The position numbers and the translations under genes are program-made. The notes beneath the pieces are model-generated. The model did not search any database. It saw nothing but the letters and a program-made list of their open reading frames with translations, and was not told the origin of the DNA. From the IMG/VR virus record IMGVR_UViG_3300031772_000048, positions 1 through 52,738 of that record: 52,738 nucleotides of DNA, one strand, 5' to 3'. Positions 29,323-39,036 of this stretch are shown here, piece by piece; within the stretch, counting starts at the first letter, position 1, and each line of letters begins with the position of its first letter. The stretch is from a virus (lineage: Duplodnaviria > Caudoviricetes).

Positions 29323-30570
29323 ATGGACAAATTTGCTCAAAGTAAAAGAGAAACGGGCCGAGGGGTAACGAACTGGTTAAGAGAAAAAGTTAATATGCCA
29401 GGCTCTTATATAGAAGGTTTTTTTAAACCGGAACTAGATAGAGTCATGAAAGCATTAATAGCTTTAGATGACCGAGTTCGTTCTGAATTAACAGGTAAGC
29501 AGATCGGTACTGCTGATACGCCAGCTATTGCTCATTCCGCCAAAGATCTTTTGAGTCAGGCTCGTAAGAACTTTAATCGTCGAGAGTATATTTCTGGAGT
29601 CTCTGATCTTGGTATGTTCCACAAGAAAATGGCCACTATTATAGCGGATATTGAGAAGTGGAAAGTAGATGTTAATAAGATTCATCACAAATTTTTATTT
29701 GAAGGTGTAAAAGACGACAAGATTCAACAGCTCAGAGATTATATGGAAAAGAGACAAGCTCAAGAGTTGAGAAATCAACTTATTAAAGAAGCTGGTATTA
29801 TGGACTTTTTCTATAATCTTGTTAACAAACGCGGTCGTTCTTTAGCAGCTTGGGAGAAGAAATACCCTAAGGAAACAAAAGATTTACGTGAAGGTGGCTC
29901 TAAACTATTAGATGTTGCTGACAGCTTATTGGCTAACACCATTTTTTACATGAAAGAAATGGCAACTGCACGCGCCACTCGTAGACCAGATGATTATATG
30001 GATGCTGCCAATAAAATCAAGGGAGACTTTGATAAATTTGATGCCGGCGATAAAGGATTCAAATCTTATTATGCTAATGCCATTTTACCATTCATGAAGA
30101 TCAAAGATCAGATTGAGAAGGATATGGCCGAGGCCGAAGCAAAAGCCAAAGCACAACAAGCTGCCAGTACAACTCCTTCAGCACCAGCTCCGGGTTCTGT
30201 TAGAACGGAACTTGGTACGCCTCCAACTTCTTCACAGTCAACAACCACTGCGCCTTTGCCAGCTACTCCTGGTATGGGTGGCGGTTATGTGTCAGTTGGT
30301 CCAAGCCCTTGGGCAGCACCACCACCAGCCGCATCTACAGAACAATTAGTGTCAGAAGAAGACATAGAGGGACCTTTGGGAGAAGAGCACCCTACAGACA
30401 AAACCCCGCCACCAAAGCACGCTCATTTCTTTAGTTCTCTAAAAACTATGAGTAATGAAGATCCTCGTATTTTATCTGGCTATATTTCTAAGTATGCCAA
30501 ATCTATTCAAGAAAGTGATTTGGAAACGGCTATTAAATTATTTGCCATTGTTAAAAGATTGAGAGGATAA
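29323..30570 (+). CDS. Putative internal head protein
   Basis: MDKFA-Q and LIKEA-G motifs; Pro/Thr linker. Confidence 0.7.
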   Translation: MDKFAQSKRETGRGVTNWLREKVNMPGSYIEGFFKPELDRVMKALIALDDRVRSELTGKQIGTADTPAIAHSAKDLLSQARKNFNRREYISGVSDLGMFHKKMATIIADIEKWKVDVNKIHHKFLFEGVKDDKIQQLRDYMEKRQAQELRNQLIKEAGIMDFFYNLVNKRGRSLAAWEKKYPKETKDLREGGSKLLDVADSLLANTIFYMKEMATARATRRPDDYMDAANKIKGDFDKFDAGDKGFKSYYANAILPFMKIKDQIEKDMAEAEAKAKAQQAASTTPSAPAPGSVRTELGTPPTSSQSTTTAPLPATPGMGGGYVSVGPSPWAAPPPAASTEQLVSEEDIEGPLGEEHPTDKTPPPKHAHFFSSLKTMSNEDPRILSGYISKYAKSIQESDLETAIKLFAIVKRLRG

Positions 30571-30571
30571 A

Positions 30572-31699
30572 ATGGCGGTCGGGGGTAAAGCTAACCTTGG
30601 ACCAAATTTTTATTCGAAATTGGTTCAAATATGTGAAGATTTGGGAATGAAGCCAGAAGACCTTCTGGCTGTCATGATCTCAGAGTCTGGCTTGAACCCA
30701 TCGGCATATGAAGAAAAGTATAAAGGATCTGGATTAATTGGATTTATGCCAGCAACTTTAAGAGGATTAGGTTACCAAGGCACCTGGCGAGATTTTATAA
30801 AACTTACTGGAGAAGAGCAATTAGATTGGGTTAAGAAGTTTATTCAAGGTAAACAAGGACTTATGGGTAATCGTAAGTTTACATCTGCTGGACTTTATTA
30901 TACTGGCAATCTTTGGCCAATAGCCCTAAAATTACCAGGAGTTATTAAGGAAGATCCTAATACACGCATTTTAGAATCTAATCCACAAACAGATTCAAGC
31001 GGTAAATATAGTAAAAAGTATTTTGATCTAGGTTTTAAAGTAAGCGCTAATTTTGAGAAGAAAGCATATGAAGCTAATCCACTTTTTGATCGTGATAAAA
31101 AGGGATACATCACTTATGGTGATATGATTAAGCAAACAGAGATCAATAGAAAGAGTTCCATATATCAACATGCAGTAGCTGATATGGCTAAAAATACCGG
31201 ATATCAACCAGGAAAAGCGCCACCCTCTATGGTAGCTCAAAAACAACCACTCGCACCGCTGGAGGAAATTTTGCAAAAATACATGGGAATGGCAGCCGCC
31301 GCCTCTCCAGATTTATCACTAAAGAGATTGTATAAAAAAGCTTTAGCCAGTAATGATATACTAATTCAAATCTCAGCACCCGATCATACAAGTGCTATTG
31401 AGTTCTCTCGTATTCTATGTGCTGCATTGGATGAAGATTTATTATCCTCTTCTTATCCACATACTGATGGACATTTAGTCGAAATAGAGTGTTCCATTTC
31501 TGGTCCACCCAAAGAATGTTTTGAGGCCGTTACGCAAATGACATGGGCCGTTACAGATACTTTTGAAGATGCGACCACCAAAATAGGCGGAATCAAAATC
31601 AAAACACATCAAATTATGAATAAAAAGTCATCTTATCAACCAATCAGCCCTAAAACTGCTGACACTAACTACAGGAAGTTCCTGCTAAAATTTATCTAA
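30572..31699 (+). CDS. Lytic transglycosylase (SLT-like) domain protein
   Basis: LLAVMISESGLNPSA (catalytic Glu) and GLIGFMPAT; a second domain follows LYKKA. Confidence 0.8.
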   Translation: MAVGGKANLGPNFYSKLVQICEDLGMKPEDLLAVMISESGLNPSAYEEKYKGSGLIGFMPATLRGLGYQGTWRDFIKLTGEEQLDWVKKFIQGKQGLMGNRKFTSAGLYYTGNLWPIALKLPGVIKEDPNTRILESNPQTDSSGKYSKKYFDLGFKVSANFEKKAYEANPLFDRDKKGYITYGDMIKQTEINRKSSIYQHAVADMAKNTGYQPGKAPPSMVAQKQPLAPLEEILQKYMGMAAAASPDLSLKRLYKKALASNDILIQISAPDHTSAIEFSRILCAALDEDLLSSSYPHTDGHLVEIECSISGPPKECFEAVTQMTWAVTDTFEDATTKIGGIKIKTHQIMNKKSSYQPISPKTADTNYRKFLLKFI

Positions 31700-31708
31700 G
31701 GAAATACG

Positions 31709-32122
31709 ATGCCATCGGAAAAACAACTTTTAGACACAATTCAGCAACTTCAAGGTTCTGGTAAAACGTTTGCTGAATTCATTTCAGAAGTTTTCAAAGA
31801 TAAATTCATTGAAGTATATGTCGGTGATTCTTATGAAGATGTAAGCACTGAACAAATATCAACCACTTACCCCGCTGTATTTTGTGGAAAGGTAGTGGGA
31901 GCTTATCGAGAATGTTTGATTATGAATTGCGCTTTTGTCGGCGGCAATCGTCATCTACAACTTGGTAATATGATGTTTGTTAGTGAAAGAGCAATTAGAG
32001 CTTTAAATGAAGTAGATGGCAGAGGAACTTTAGAAGATATGATGCTTCGCAGTAAAGAGACTTTAGATGTTAAAGAAGCTTTTGCTCATTTACAGAAACC
32101 AGATGAAACAACAAAGAAATGA
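31709..32122 (+). CDS. Hypothetical protein, possibly Sm/LSm-like beta fold
   Basis: IEVYVG...FCGKVVGAYRECLIM...MFVSERAIRAL pattern; the fold is an inference. Confidence 0.5.
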   Translation: MPSEKQLLDTIQQLQGSGKTFAEFISEVFKDKFIEVYVGDSYEDVSTEQISTTYPAVFCGKVVGAYRECLIMNCAFVGGNRHLQLGNMMFVSERAIRALNEVDGRGTLEDMMLRSKETLDVKEAFAHLQKPDETTKK

Positions 32123-32862
32123 ACAACACTGATGCCCTACTACAACTTGCTAGCACTTATGAAGCTAAGTGCATCCAGGTGCTGGTAAAGATTGCGAAAG
32201 TTCGCAAACTTCCAGACGGTAGGTATCGTGTACTCTCTCAAAAGGGCAAAGACCTTGGGACTTACAAGTCTCAAAAGGCTGCCGAAAAAAGACTTCGACA
32301 AGTTGAGTTTTTCAAACATTTAGATAAATCCAAGGCCGATGATAGCGGTAAAGTTATTGATTTAACCGGAGCTGATGAATTTAGTTATTCAGCATTAATG
32401 CGCAAGCTTCGTCAAGAAGCTACACCAGAACAAGTTAAACAATTTTTGAAACTATTCAAATTGCAATTTGATAAAGCTGTTAAAGGCAAAATGAATAAGC
32501 CAGAAAGAATAGCTTTACAAAATTCTATTATTAGATTCCATAAGATACATCCAGTTAAACTTGATAAGAAAATGGTTAAATGTGCGGCCGTTGCCGAATT
32601 AGGTAATGCAGATCAAGTTGGACAATATTTATCTGGTATCGTTTCATTTATTCTAAATAGACTTCCTCCAGAGAAGCGCTCGCATGCAACTCAAATTCTT
32701 AAACAGAAATTTGCCGTTATGAGTGAGAATGAAATTGCCGGAAAACACATGCCAAACGCTGCTGTTTATGGTCAAGCGATTACATTCGTTAAGCACGTTT
32801 TGTTTAATCAAGATGCTAATTATATTAGAAATGTTCTAAATAGCTTATCGAGAAGTCTATGA
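32119..32862 (+). CDS. Putative head protein
   Basis: LVKIA followed by the small module VRKLPDGRYRVLSQKGKDLGTY...A.KRLRQVEFFKH; also MVKCA. Confidence 0.7.
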   Translation: MNNTDALLQLASTYEAKCIQVLVKIAKVRKLPDGRYRVLSQKGKDLGTYKSQKAAEKRLRQVEFFKHLDKSKADDSGKVIDLTGADEFSYSALMRKLRQEATPEQVKQFLKLFKLQFDKAVKGKMNKPERIALQNSIIRFHKIHPVKLDKKMVKCAAVAELGNADQVGQYLSGIVSFILNRLPPEKRSHATQILKQKFAVMSENEIAGKHMPNAAVYGQAITFVKHVLFNQDANYIRNVLNSLSRSL

Positions 32863-33629
32863 TTAGAAAGTTTCGCCAAGTAATTCCTCAAGTATTATAT
32901 CGTGGTTCTGCACCTTCTCCTAAAGATGTTATGGAGCTTAAAGATAAATTGGGTATTAAAAAGATTGTTTCTTTGGATAAAGACACTGGCGATAGAATTG
33001 ATCGTTCTTGTAAAATGTTAGGAGTTGATCATGTTAAAATGTATATTGATCATACTCGTAAAAGTTTATATCATTTTTTATCACAAGATCTTAAAAAACT
33101 ATTTCTAGATGGTGGCCCGACTTTTATTCATTGTCATGAGGGCAAAGATCGTACTGGTTTAGCTATCGCTTTAGTCAAGTGTAAATTTCTGGGTATGGAT
33201 CCTGAAAAAGCTATACAAGAAGCCAAGTCATTCGGTTTTGGTATTGGTATTCCCCCACAGATGACTCATCTATATGAGAAACTTATTCGTTCTTGCAAAC
33301 CCGTTAAAGATACAAATAGTGCTGATATAGTTTCAAATGAAAGAGAGTATAAGGGTGACGGCCGAGATAGTTTTCTCGATGAAGGTCATCAAGGATCTTT
33401 TGCTCCGCACCTCGATCAAACTAAGCAAGACCCAATGGATTCATTATACCCCTCTACATTAGACCAATATCCTACACGTCAAAATTATCAAAGCCCACCA
33501 TTATTTCGGCATGATCCTAGCAACAGTGTTGCCATTCCCAATGTTGGCGAATATGACAATGACGCGGGACAACGTGGTTTTGGCCCGGTAGAACGTATGG
33601 ATGGATTTTTTTCAGAGGTAGGCCATTAA
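32859..33629 (+). CDS. Protein-tyrosine / dual-specificity phosphatase family
   Basis: LYRGSAP, IVSL and the CX5R loop HCHEGKDRTG. Confidence 0.88.
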   Translation: MIRKFRQVIPQVLYRGSAPSPKDVMELKDKLGIKKIVSLDKDTGDRIDRSCKMLGVDHVKMYIDHTRKSLYHFLSQDLKKLFLDGGPTFIHCHEGKDRTGLAIALVKCKFLGMDPEKAIQEAKSFGFGIGIPPQMTHLYEKLIRSCKPVKDTNSADIVSNEREYKGDGRDSFLDEGHQGSFAPHLDQTKQDPMDSLYPSTLDQYPTRQNYQSPPLFRHDPSNSVAIPNVGEYDNDAGQRGFGPVERMDGFFSEVGH

Positions 33630-33630
33630 A

Positions 33631-34281
33631 ATGATCAAGAAGTCTTATTCTGTACAAATGAGTTATGATGTGTCTGATACTGAAAAGCAGCAGGCAGAGA
33701 AAGCGCTATTGTATTTTAAGGCCGCTGACAAATATCTAGCACAAGCTGCCGATCATCTTAATATCATGAAGACTCCTTTTAAAGATAATCCAGATATGAC
33801 AAGCGAAGATATCATGAAAGCTCGCGCCACCATTCGTCAGTTTAGAAATAAAGCCATTGATAATTTTGATAAGTTTAAAAGAGTATCTTTTGATTGCGTC
33901 AATCTTATGCAAACATTTTCTACTGACACTCAAACTCTTAAATTAATAAAATCATTTATTACCTCTATTGATGAGTTAGAAGTGAAAGTTAATGGATTTG
34001 CCGATCTATTTGGCGATTTGCAATCTAAAGAATTCACTAAAAATGTAGTTGCCGCCATTGAAGATATTCAAAAGCAGTGCGATGATATTGATGAAATTAT
34101 TGATGAAAGAATAGTTTCTCATATTCAAACTAATATCTTGGCAACTAGTTGGGTAGATTCTATTAGTAATGACTTGCAAATGAAAATAGAGAAGAAGACT
34201 CCGCTTATTGTGGATCTTTTTAATAAAAGGCAAGAGCAGTTAAATGATGCAGTAGAGGAGAAATCCACAACAGGAAACTGA
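33631..34281 (+). CDS. Helical hypothetical protein
   Basis: 216 aa; begins MIKKS. Confidence 0.7.
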   Translation: MIKKSYSVQMSYDVSDTEKQQAEKALLYFKAADKYLAQAADHLNIMKTPFKDNPDMTSEDIMKARATIRQFRNKAIDNFDKFKRVSFDCVNLMQTFSTDTQTLKLIKSFITSIDELEVKVNGFADLFGDLQSKEFTKNVVAAIEDIQKQCDDIDEIIDERIVSHIQTNILATSWVDSISNDLQMKIEKKTPLIVDLFNKRQEQLNDAVEEKSTTGN

Positions 34282-34385
34282 AATTAAATGGTAATATCGT
34301 CATATAATATATGAACTTTCTGTCTTAGACTGAAATTTGTAGCAATATTACATTATAATTGTGTGGTCTCCCATTTGGAGAGTTT

Positions 34386-34541
34386 ATGTTTATTAAACAC
34401 GGTGATGGAAAAATATTAAACGTTGTTGATGGTGAAGAGCTAACTGAAGATCAGAAAAAAGCCGTCAAGAAAGTTTCTAAAGAGTTCGTCAAACAATCTG
34501 ACGAATCAACTGATTCTTCTAAGAAGAAGTCGGAGAGCTAA
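34386..34541 (+). CDS. Small protein upstream of the protease
   Basis: SD GGAG then ATG 34386 (MFIKHGDG...). Confidence 0.6.
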   Translation: MFIKHGDGKILNVVDGEELTEDQKKAVKKVSKEFVKQSDESTDSSKKKSES

Positions 34542-34546
34542 TACGC

Positions 34547-37500
34547 ATGCCCATTATTAAATTAGGTGAAGCACATGAAATTAAACTTGAGAACATGGAA
34601 TCATGTCTTCCCGAGGTTAGTGCTGAGGTCTTAGATAACTTTAGGAAATTTGCGAATAATCTGAAAAAGGTTGCCCCTAAAGCAGAAGACTTCCTATATT
34701 TTTCCGCCGTAATGATGCATGCTGCTGAAGCTGCCGCTTTGAATGAAGACGGCACTCCCAAACTAACAATTAAAGGCGAAGCAGTTGAAGTAGGCTGGGA
34801 TACATCGGGTAATACATGGAAGTGGACTTCTAATGACCCAAGTATAAAACCATATAAAAATTCTAATGGTGACATTTTTCCAGAAGCCGAATTAACCAAA
34901 GCTTACAAAAAATGGAAACATAAGCCTCTATGCGTAGATCATAAATCGAGTTCGGTTGATCATGTAAGAGGCTTTATTGTTGATACCTATTATGATCGTA
35001 GTCTCAAGCGAGTAATTGCTTTATGCGCCTTAGATAAGGCCGGATTTCCACAATTAGCTAGACAAATTTCTACTGGCGTTTCTAACTGCGTATCTATGGG
35101 TACTGCTGTTGGAAGAGCCATTTGCTATGATTGCGGTAGAGTCGCTCGTGCAGAGCCAGACTTCTGTAATCATATGAAAAACAAGACGTGCTACGGTGAA
35201 ATCAACGTAGATCTCAATCCAATTGAGCTATCTATTGTTGTGAATGGTGCTGATCCTAGAGCCAATATCAAACACATCATTGCCGCAGCCAACACTATGA
35301 ACACTTATCTCGAAAATAGAGCTAAGGAGTTAGAAAAAGTAGCATCTACATATTCTGCTACTATTATCAGAAGTAATGAATCTAATGGTTCAGAAGTTTC
35401 TGATATGAATACTATCTCGGTTCGTGGCGAATCTTTAGAGTCTTTTAAACAAGACTTCGAAAGAGGACTTGAGGAATTAGAGTCTCTTAATTCAAAAATT
35501 TCTGAAAAAGATACTAATTCTTCTGCATCTAATCAGTCGTCGGGTTCGATCGCTATGGATGAAGGTGCCCCGACGGATTCTGGATTGGCTCTCCAAACTC
35601 CGCCAATAAGATTGGCATCTGCTGATGTAGAAGCAGAATCACTAGCCGAACTTCAACAAGTTACAGCCGCTATTGAGGCCACGCTAAATCAAATGAAGAC
35701 GAGCTTGGATAAGTTAGCTAAAACTTCTACTATGAAAAAACAAGAGGAAAACATGTCTGGATCAAAAGAAATCAATAAGCAAGCTTATTTCCAGGGCGGC
35801 GGTGGCGTTAATGAGCCAACTCCAGGTCAAGTCAAATATCCAAAAGACGGGTTAAATGAGCAACTTCGTGAACACGAAGATAAGCACATGACCGGTCAAC
35901 CACCTTTCCCTGAGGTTGGTCCTGTGGATGGAATGCACCCTTCACCAGCTTCGGCTGATCCTTCTGGCGAATTAGAGCGTAAGAAAATGCTCGCTCGCGC
36001 TGAAGCAGAAGATAGGGCATTAAAACGTAATGCAATTGTTAACCTGGCAAAAGACGCTCTCCGAAACAGAGAAGCTTATTTTCAAGGTGCTGGTGGTGTA
36101 AACGAGCCAACTCCAGGTAAAGTTAAGTATCCAAAGGATAAACTTAACGAAGAACTTCGTGATTATGAAGATAAGCACATGGTTGGTCAACCGCCTTTCC
36201 CAGGTGTTGGTCCAGTTGATGGAATGCATCCTTCTCCAAGTTCTGCTGATACAAAAGATGAACTAAAGCGTAAGCAAATGTTAGCTAGAGCAGCCCTCCG
36301 TGCAAGATTTGTTAAGGCCGCTAATCGTAATGGTACTCAGAATAAAGCTAAGAGTGCTTGGGAAGTTTTCCTTGGTGATAGACTATTGTTAACAGCCTCT
36401 GTTGAAGATTTGTCTGGCGGAAATACTGACGTACTATATGATTCAATTGCTACTAAGGCTTTCGGCGCCAGCTTGATCGAAAAGGTCAAAGTTAATGGTG
36501 CGGATGCAGTTAGTAGACTAATTAAGAGAGCCGCTGAACCAGGCGCTCCTCCAGCCCCTCCAGGCGATCCAGCCGCAGCACCACCAGGTGGTGAGATGGG
36601 TGCCGCACCAGAAGCTGGTCCTCCAGCCGAAGATGAAGGTAAATCTGGCGATCCTAAGCAACATGCTCTACAATTATCTGAAAAGGTAATGAATCTCAGC
36701 TCCGATCTTCACGAAGCAGTTCGTGCTTTGGCCGGCGAACAAGCTGAAATGGGTGGCGCAGAAGCCGCTCCAGCAGGTGGTGTTGGTGGTCCAGCAGGTG
36801 GCCCAATGGCCGCTGATGATCAAGATGCTCGCAAGAAGAAGATGGATTCTTCCAAAGAAGCTTCTGATAGTTTTAGCACTTCCACTCTCAATACTTTGAG
36901 AAGAGAATTAAATGGCGCATTAACTCATGCAATGAAAGAAGCTGTTGCTGACCTTAATGAACACCAGCAAGAACTAGACATGATTGTTGGTATGTACGAC
37001 AAGGGAGCTGTCAACGACACTAATCAAGATTTTGTTGGCACTATTGTAGAAGACGCATTAAATGAAGCTAAGACCTCAGTGGCCGATGGTTTCAAGTTGA
37101 TGACCGCCTTTGTTAAGTATGCTCGTGGTACCAAAGCCATTGTCAAACGTGCTGAGATTGAATCAGAACTTGAAGCACTAGCCGAAGGAGATACGATGAG
37201 CGATAAGAACGATAGTCACTCCGCAGACGGCGGTGACTTAATGGGACTAATTAACGACACCAATGCCGATTTGGATGCGGTTCATGATATGATGAACCAT
37301 GAAGGAATGGACGATTTAGGTGACCTAGGTATTGATGGTCTTCTTGAAGAAGGCCATGAAGACCACGAAGATCACGAAGATCCTCTTCTAGAAGGTTTGG
37401 CAGATGATAATGATGTCGAAATTAAACCAGAAGAATTGAAGATGCTAACTCAAGCTTCGTTTGATAACAGAGCTGGCCGCGCATCACTCAGAGCCAAATT

Positions 37501-38224
37501 AGCAGCCGATGCTCTTGGTAAAGAAGAAGACGGAGAACTACAGGATATGTCCAAGCAAAAGTTTAGCGATATGCTAGATGCTTCTCAGAAGCACACTGAT
37601 GGACAAACTGATTTGGATGTCAAGCCATCCGATAGTCTTGGATTGGTTGAGACCATTCAAGAAACAAACAAGGCCATGATGGATGTCGCCAAAGCTCCAC
37701 CAAAGGTTCGCAAAGAAGCAGAAGCTATTCAGAGACTCGTTTCTGAAGGTAAATTGGATCCAAGAGATGTTGACGCTCTAGTGGCAGAAGGTCTTGACAA
37801 GGATGCAGTTGCTTACTGGAAGAAGTACTTCGGTGAGGTTGATGGTGGTGGTGAATTTGCTAGTGAATTAGTAAAGGAACACGTCAAGTCGGCCATGGAA
37901 GAGGAACTTAATAAATTCCGCGTCAAGTTAGCTCGTGCTTATGAACTAACCTATGACATGGTTGATCGTGGTCTCTGTCGTCATGATAGGGCAACTATCT
38001 CTGATCAAGTTGATCAAGTTATGAAGTTTAATGATGATGCCTTTGAGTCTCTCAAGAAAGTAGTTGCACGTCATGAACCAGGCGCCCTTCGCAAAGAAGC
38101 GGGCCGTATTCCACAAGTTGGACTCAGAGGTGATGGTGAATTCTCTCCAGTAACCGCCGCAGTCGAAGAAGATTCATATGCCCAATTGTCTTCTATGTTC
38201 GGAACTAAAAAGGGTGTGTTCTAA
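34547..38224 (+). CDS. Prohead protease / scaffold polyprotein
   Basis: NSNGDIF, VDH (His), VSMG (Ser), CYDC..C.H, ELSIVVNGADP (HK97/assemblin-type protease), followed by about 950 aa of repeats and coiled coil. Confidence 0.85.
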   Translation: MPIIKLGEAHEIKLENMESCLPEVSAEVLDNFRKFANNLKKVAPKAEDFLYFSAVMMHAAEAAALNEDGTPKLTIKGEAVEVGWDTSGNTWKWTSNDPSIKPYKNSNGDIFPEAELTKAYKKWKHKPLCVDHKSSSVDHVRGFIVDTYYDRSLKRVIALCALDKAGFPQLARQISTGVSNCVSMGTAVGRAICYDCGRVARAEPDFCNHMKNKTCYGEINVDLNPIELSIVVNGADPRANIKHIIAAANTMNTYLENRAKELEKVASTYSATIIRSNESNGSEVSDMNTISVRGESLESFKQDFERGLEELESLNSKISEKDTNSSASNQSSGSIAMDEGAPTDSGLALQTPPIRLASADVEAESLAELQQVTAAIEATLNQMKTSLDKLAKTSTMKKQEENMSGSKEINKQAYFQGGGGVNEPTPGQVKYPKDGLNEQLREHEDKHMTGQPPFPEVGPVDGMHPSPASADPSGELERKKMLARAEAEDRALKRNAIVNLAKDALRNREAYFQGAGGVNEPTPGKVKYPKDKLNEELRDYEDKHMVGQPPFPGVGPVDGMHPSPSSADTKDELKRKQMLARAALRARFVKAANRNGTQNKAKSAWEVFLGDRLLLTASVEDLSGGNTDVLYDSIATKAFGASLIEKVKVNGADAVSRLIKRAAEPGAPPAPPGDPAAAPPGGEMGAAPEAGPPAEDEGKSGDPKQHALQLSEKVMNLSSDLHEAVRALAGEQAEMGGAEAAPAGGVGGPAGGPMAADDQDARKKKMDSSKEASDSFSTSTLNTLRRELNGALTHAMKEAVADLNEHQQELDMIVGMYDKGAVNDTNQDFVGTIVEDALNEAKTSVADGFKLMTAFVKYARGTKAIVKRAEIESELEALAEGDTMSDKNDSHSADGGDLMGLINDTNADLDAVHDMMNHEGMDDLGDLGIDGLLEEGHEDHEDHEDPLLEGLADDNDVEIKPEELKMLTQASFDNRAGRASLRAKLAADALGKEEDGELQDMSKQKFSDMLDASQKHTDGQTDLDVKPSDSLGLVETIQETNKAMMDVAKAPPKVRKEAEAIQRLVSEGKLDPRDVDALVAEGLDKDAVAYWKKYFGEVDGGGEFASELVKEHVKSAMEEELNKFRVKLARAYELTYDMVDRGLCRHDRATISDQVDQVMKFNDDAFESLKKVVARHEPGALRKEAGRIPQVGLRGDGEFSPVTAAVEEDSYAQLSSMFGTKKGVF
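35783..36292 (+). repeat. Tandem duplication of about 73 aa (291-bp period) in the protease/scaffold
   Basis: AYFQG.GGVNEPTPG.VKYPKD.LNE.LR..EDKHM.GQPPFP.VGPVDGMHPSP.SAD...EL.RK.MLARA occurs twice. Confidence 0.95.
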
Positions 38225-38249
38225 AGCTTAACCTAGAACGAGGATACAA

Positions 38250-39020
38250 ATGAAAAACCAAAGCGTATCAGATTTTGTAGCTGCAACTATGGATGCAGTT
38301 CTAAACAGCAAAGAGCACAAGTCTTTGTTTGCAACACAATATAAGAAGGCGGGCGAATCTATGTGTGCTAAACACAGTAAGATGGATAGCTGCGCTGCCG
38401 ATGACGAGAATGATGCTCGCAAAAAGAGGGATACCGATGAGGATTCTTCTAGTGCTTGGGACGATAATGATGCTCGCAAAAAGAGAGATACCGATGAGGA
38501 CTCTAGCGATGCTGATGATAATGATGCTCGCAAAAAGAGAGATACTGATGAAGACTCTAGCGATGCAGACGACGATGATGACAACGATGCTGAGGATCCT
38601 AAGAAGCCAGTCAAATTTGATCCTAACTTTGGTGGCCGTGATGTTGGCGGGCCTTCCGTCAGTAAAGCTGATGATATGGAAGCCTCTGCCGCATTCGATG
38701 TAGCTATTGATAGCTTATTGACCGCATCTGCCGCTTTAGACTCAGTTGGTCTAGGTCGTGGTTCTGCTCTTACTTTGAAGATCGCTTCTTTGGTTGTTGA
38801 AGCCAAGAAGAAGGACTCAAAAGATAAGAAGGATGAGAAAAAGAAGAAGGACGATAAGAAAAAGAAGGACAAAGATACTCAGTCTGCTAAAGACAAGAAA
38901 TCTAATCCTTTTGCCAAGAAGAAGGATGATAAGAAAGATGATAAAAAGAAACCATCATCTTCGAAACCATCATCTTCTAAGCCATCTAGCTCTTCATCTT
39001 CCTCTCCAAAGAAAAAGTAA
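38250..39020 (+). CDS. Highly charged (Asp/Lys) low-complexity protein, putative internal DNA-associated protein
   Basis: NDARKKRDTDEDSS repeats and a K/D/S-rich tail; SD GAGG. Confidence 0.75.
   Translation: MKNQSVSDFVAATMDAVLNSKEHKSLFATQYKKAGESMCAKHSKMDSCAADDENDARKKRDTDEDSSSAWDDNDARKKRDTDEDSSDADDNDARKKRDTDEDSSDADDDDDNDAEDPKKPVKFDPNFGGRDVGGPSVSKADDMEASAAFDVAIDSLLTASAALDSVGLGRGSALTLKIASLVVEAKKKDSKDKKDEKKKKDDKKKKDKDTQSAKDKKSNPFAKKKDDKKDDKKKPSSSKPSSSKPSSSSSSSPKKK
38409..38591 (+). repeat. Coding tandem repeat, 54-57-bp unit, about 3.3 copies
   Basis: aatgatgctcgcaaaaagag.gatac.gatga at 38409, 38466 and 38520. Confidence 0.9.
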
Positions 39021-39036
39021 CACTTAGTAGGTGAAC

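Noticed and set aside
35780-36095. YFQG resembles a TEV site (ENLYFQG), suggesting synthetic sequence
   Set aside because: There is no Glu at P6, and the three copies are naturally diverged within phage genes.
38409-38591. CRISPR-like repeat array
   Set aside because: The units are in-frame multiples of 3, vary at synonymous sites, lack unique spacers, and no cas genes are present.
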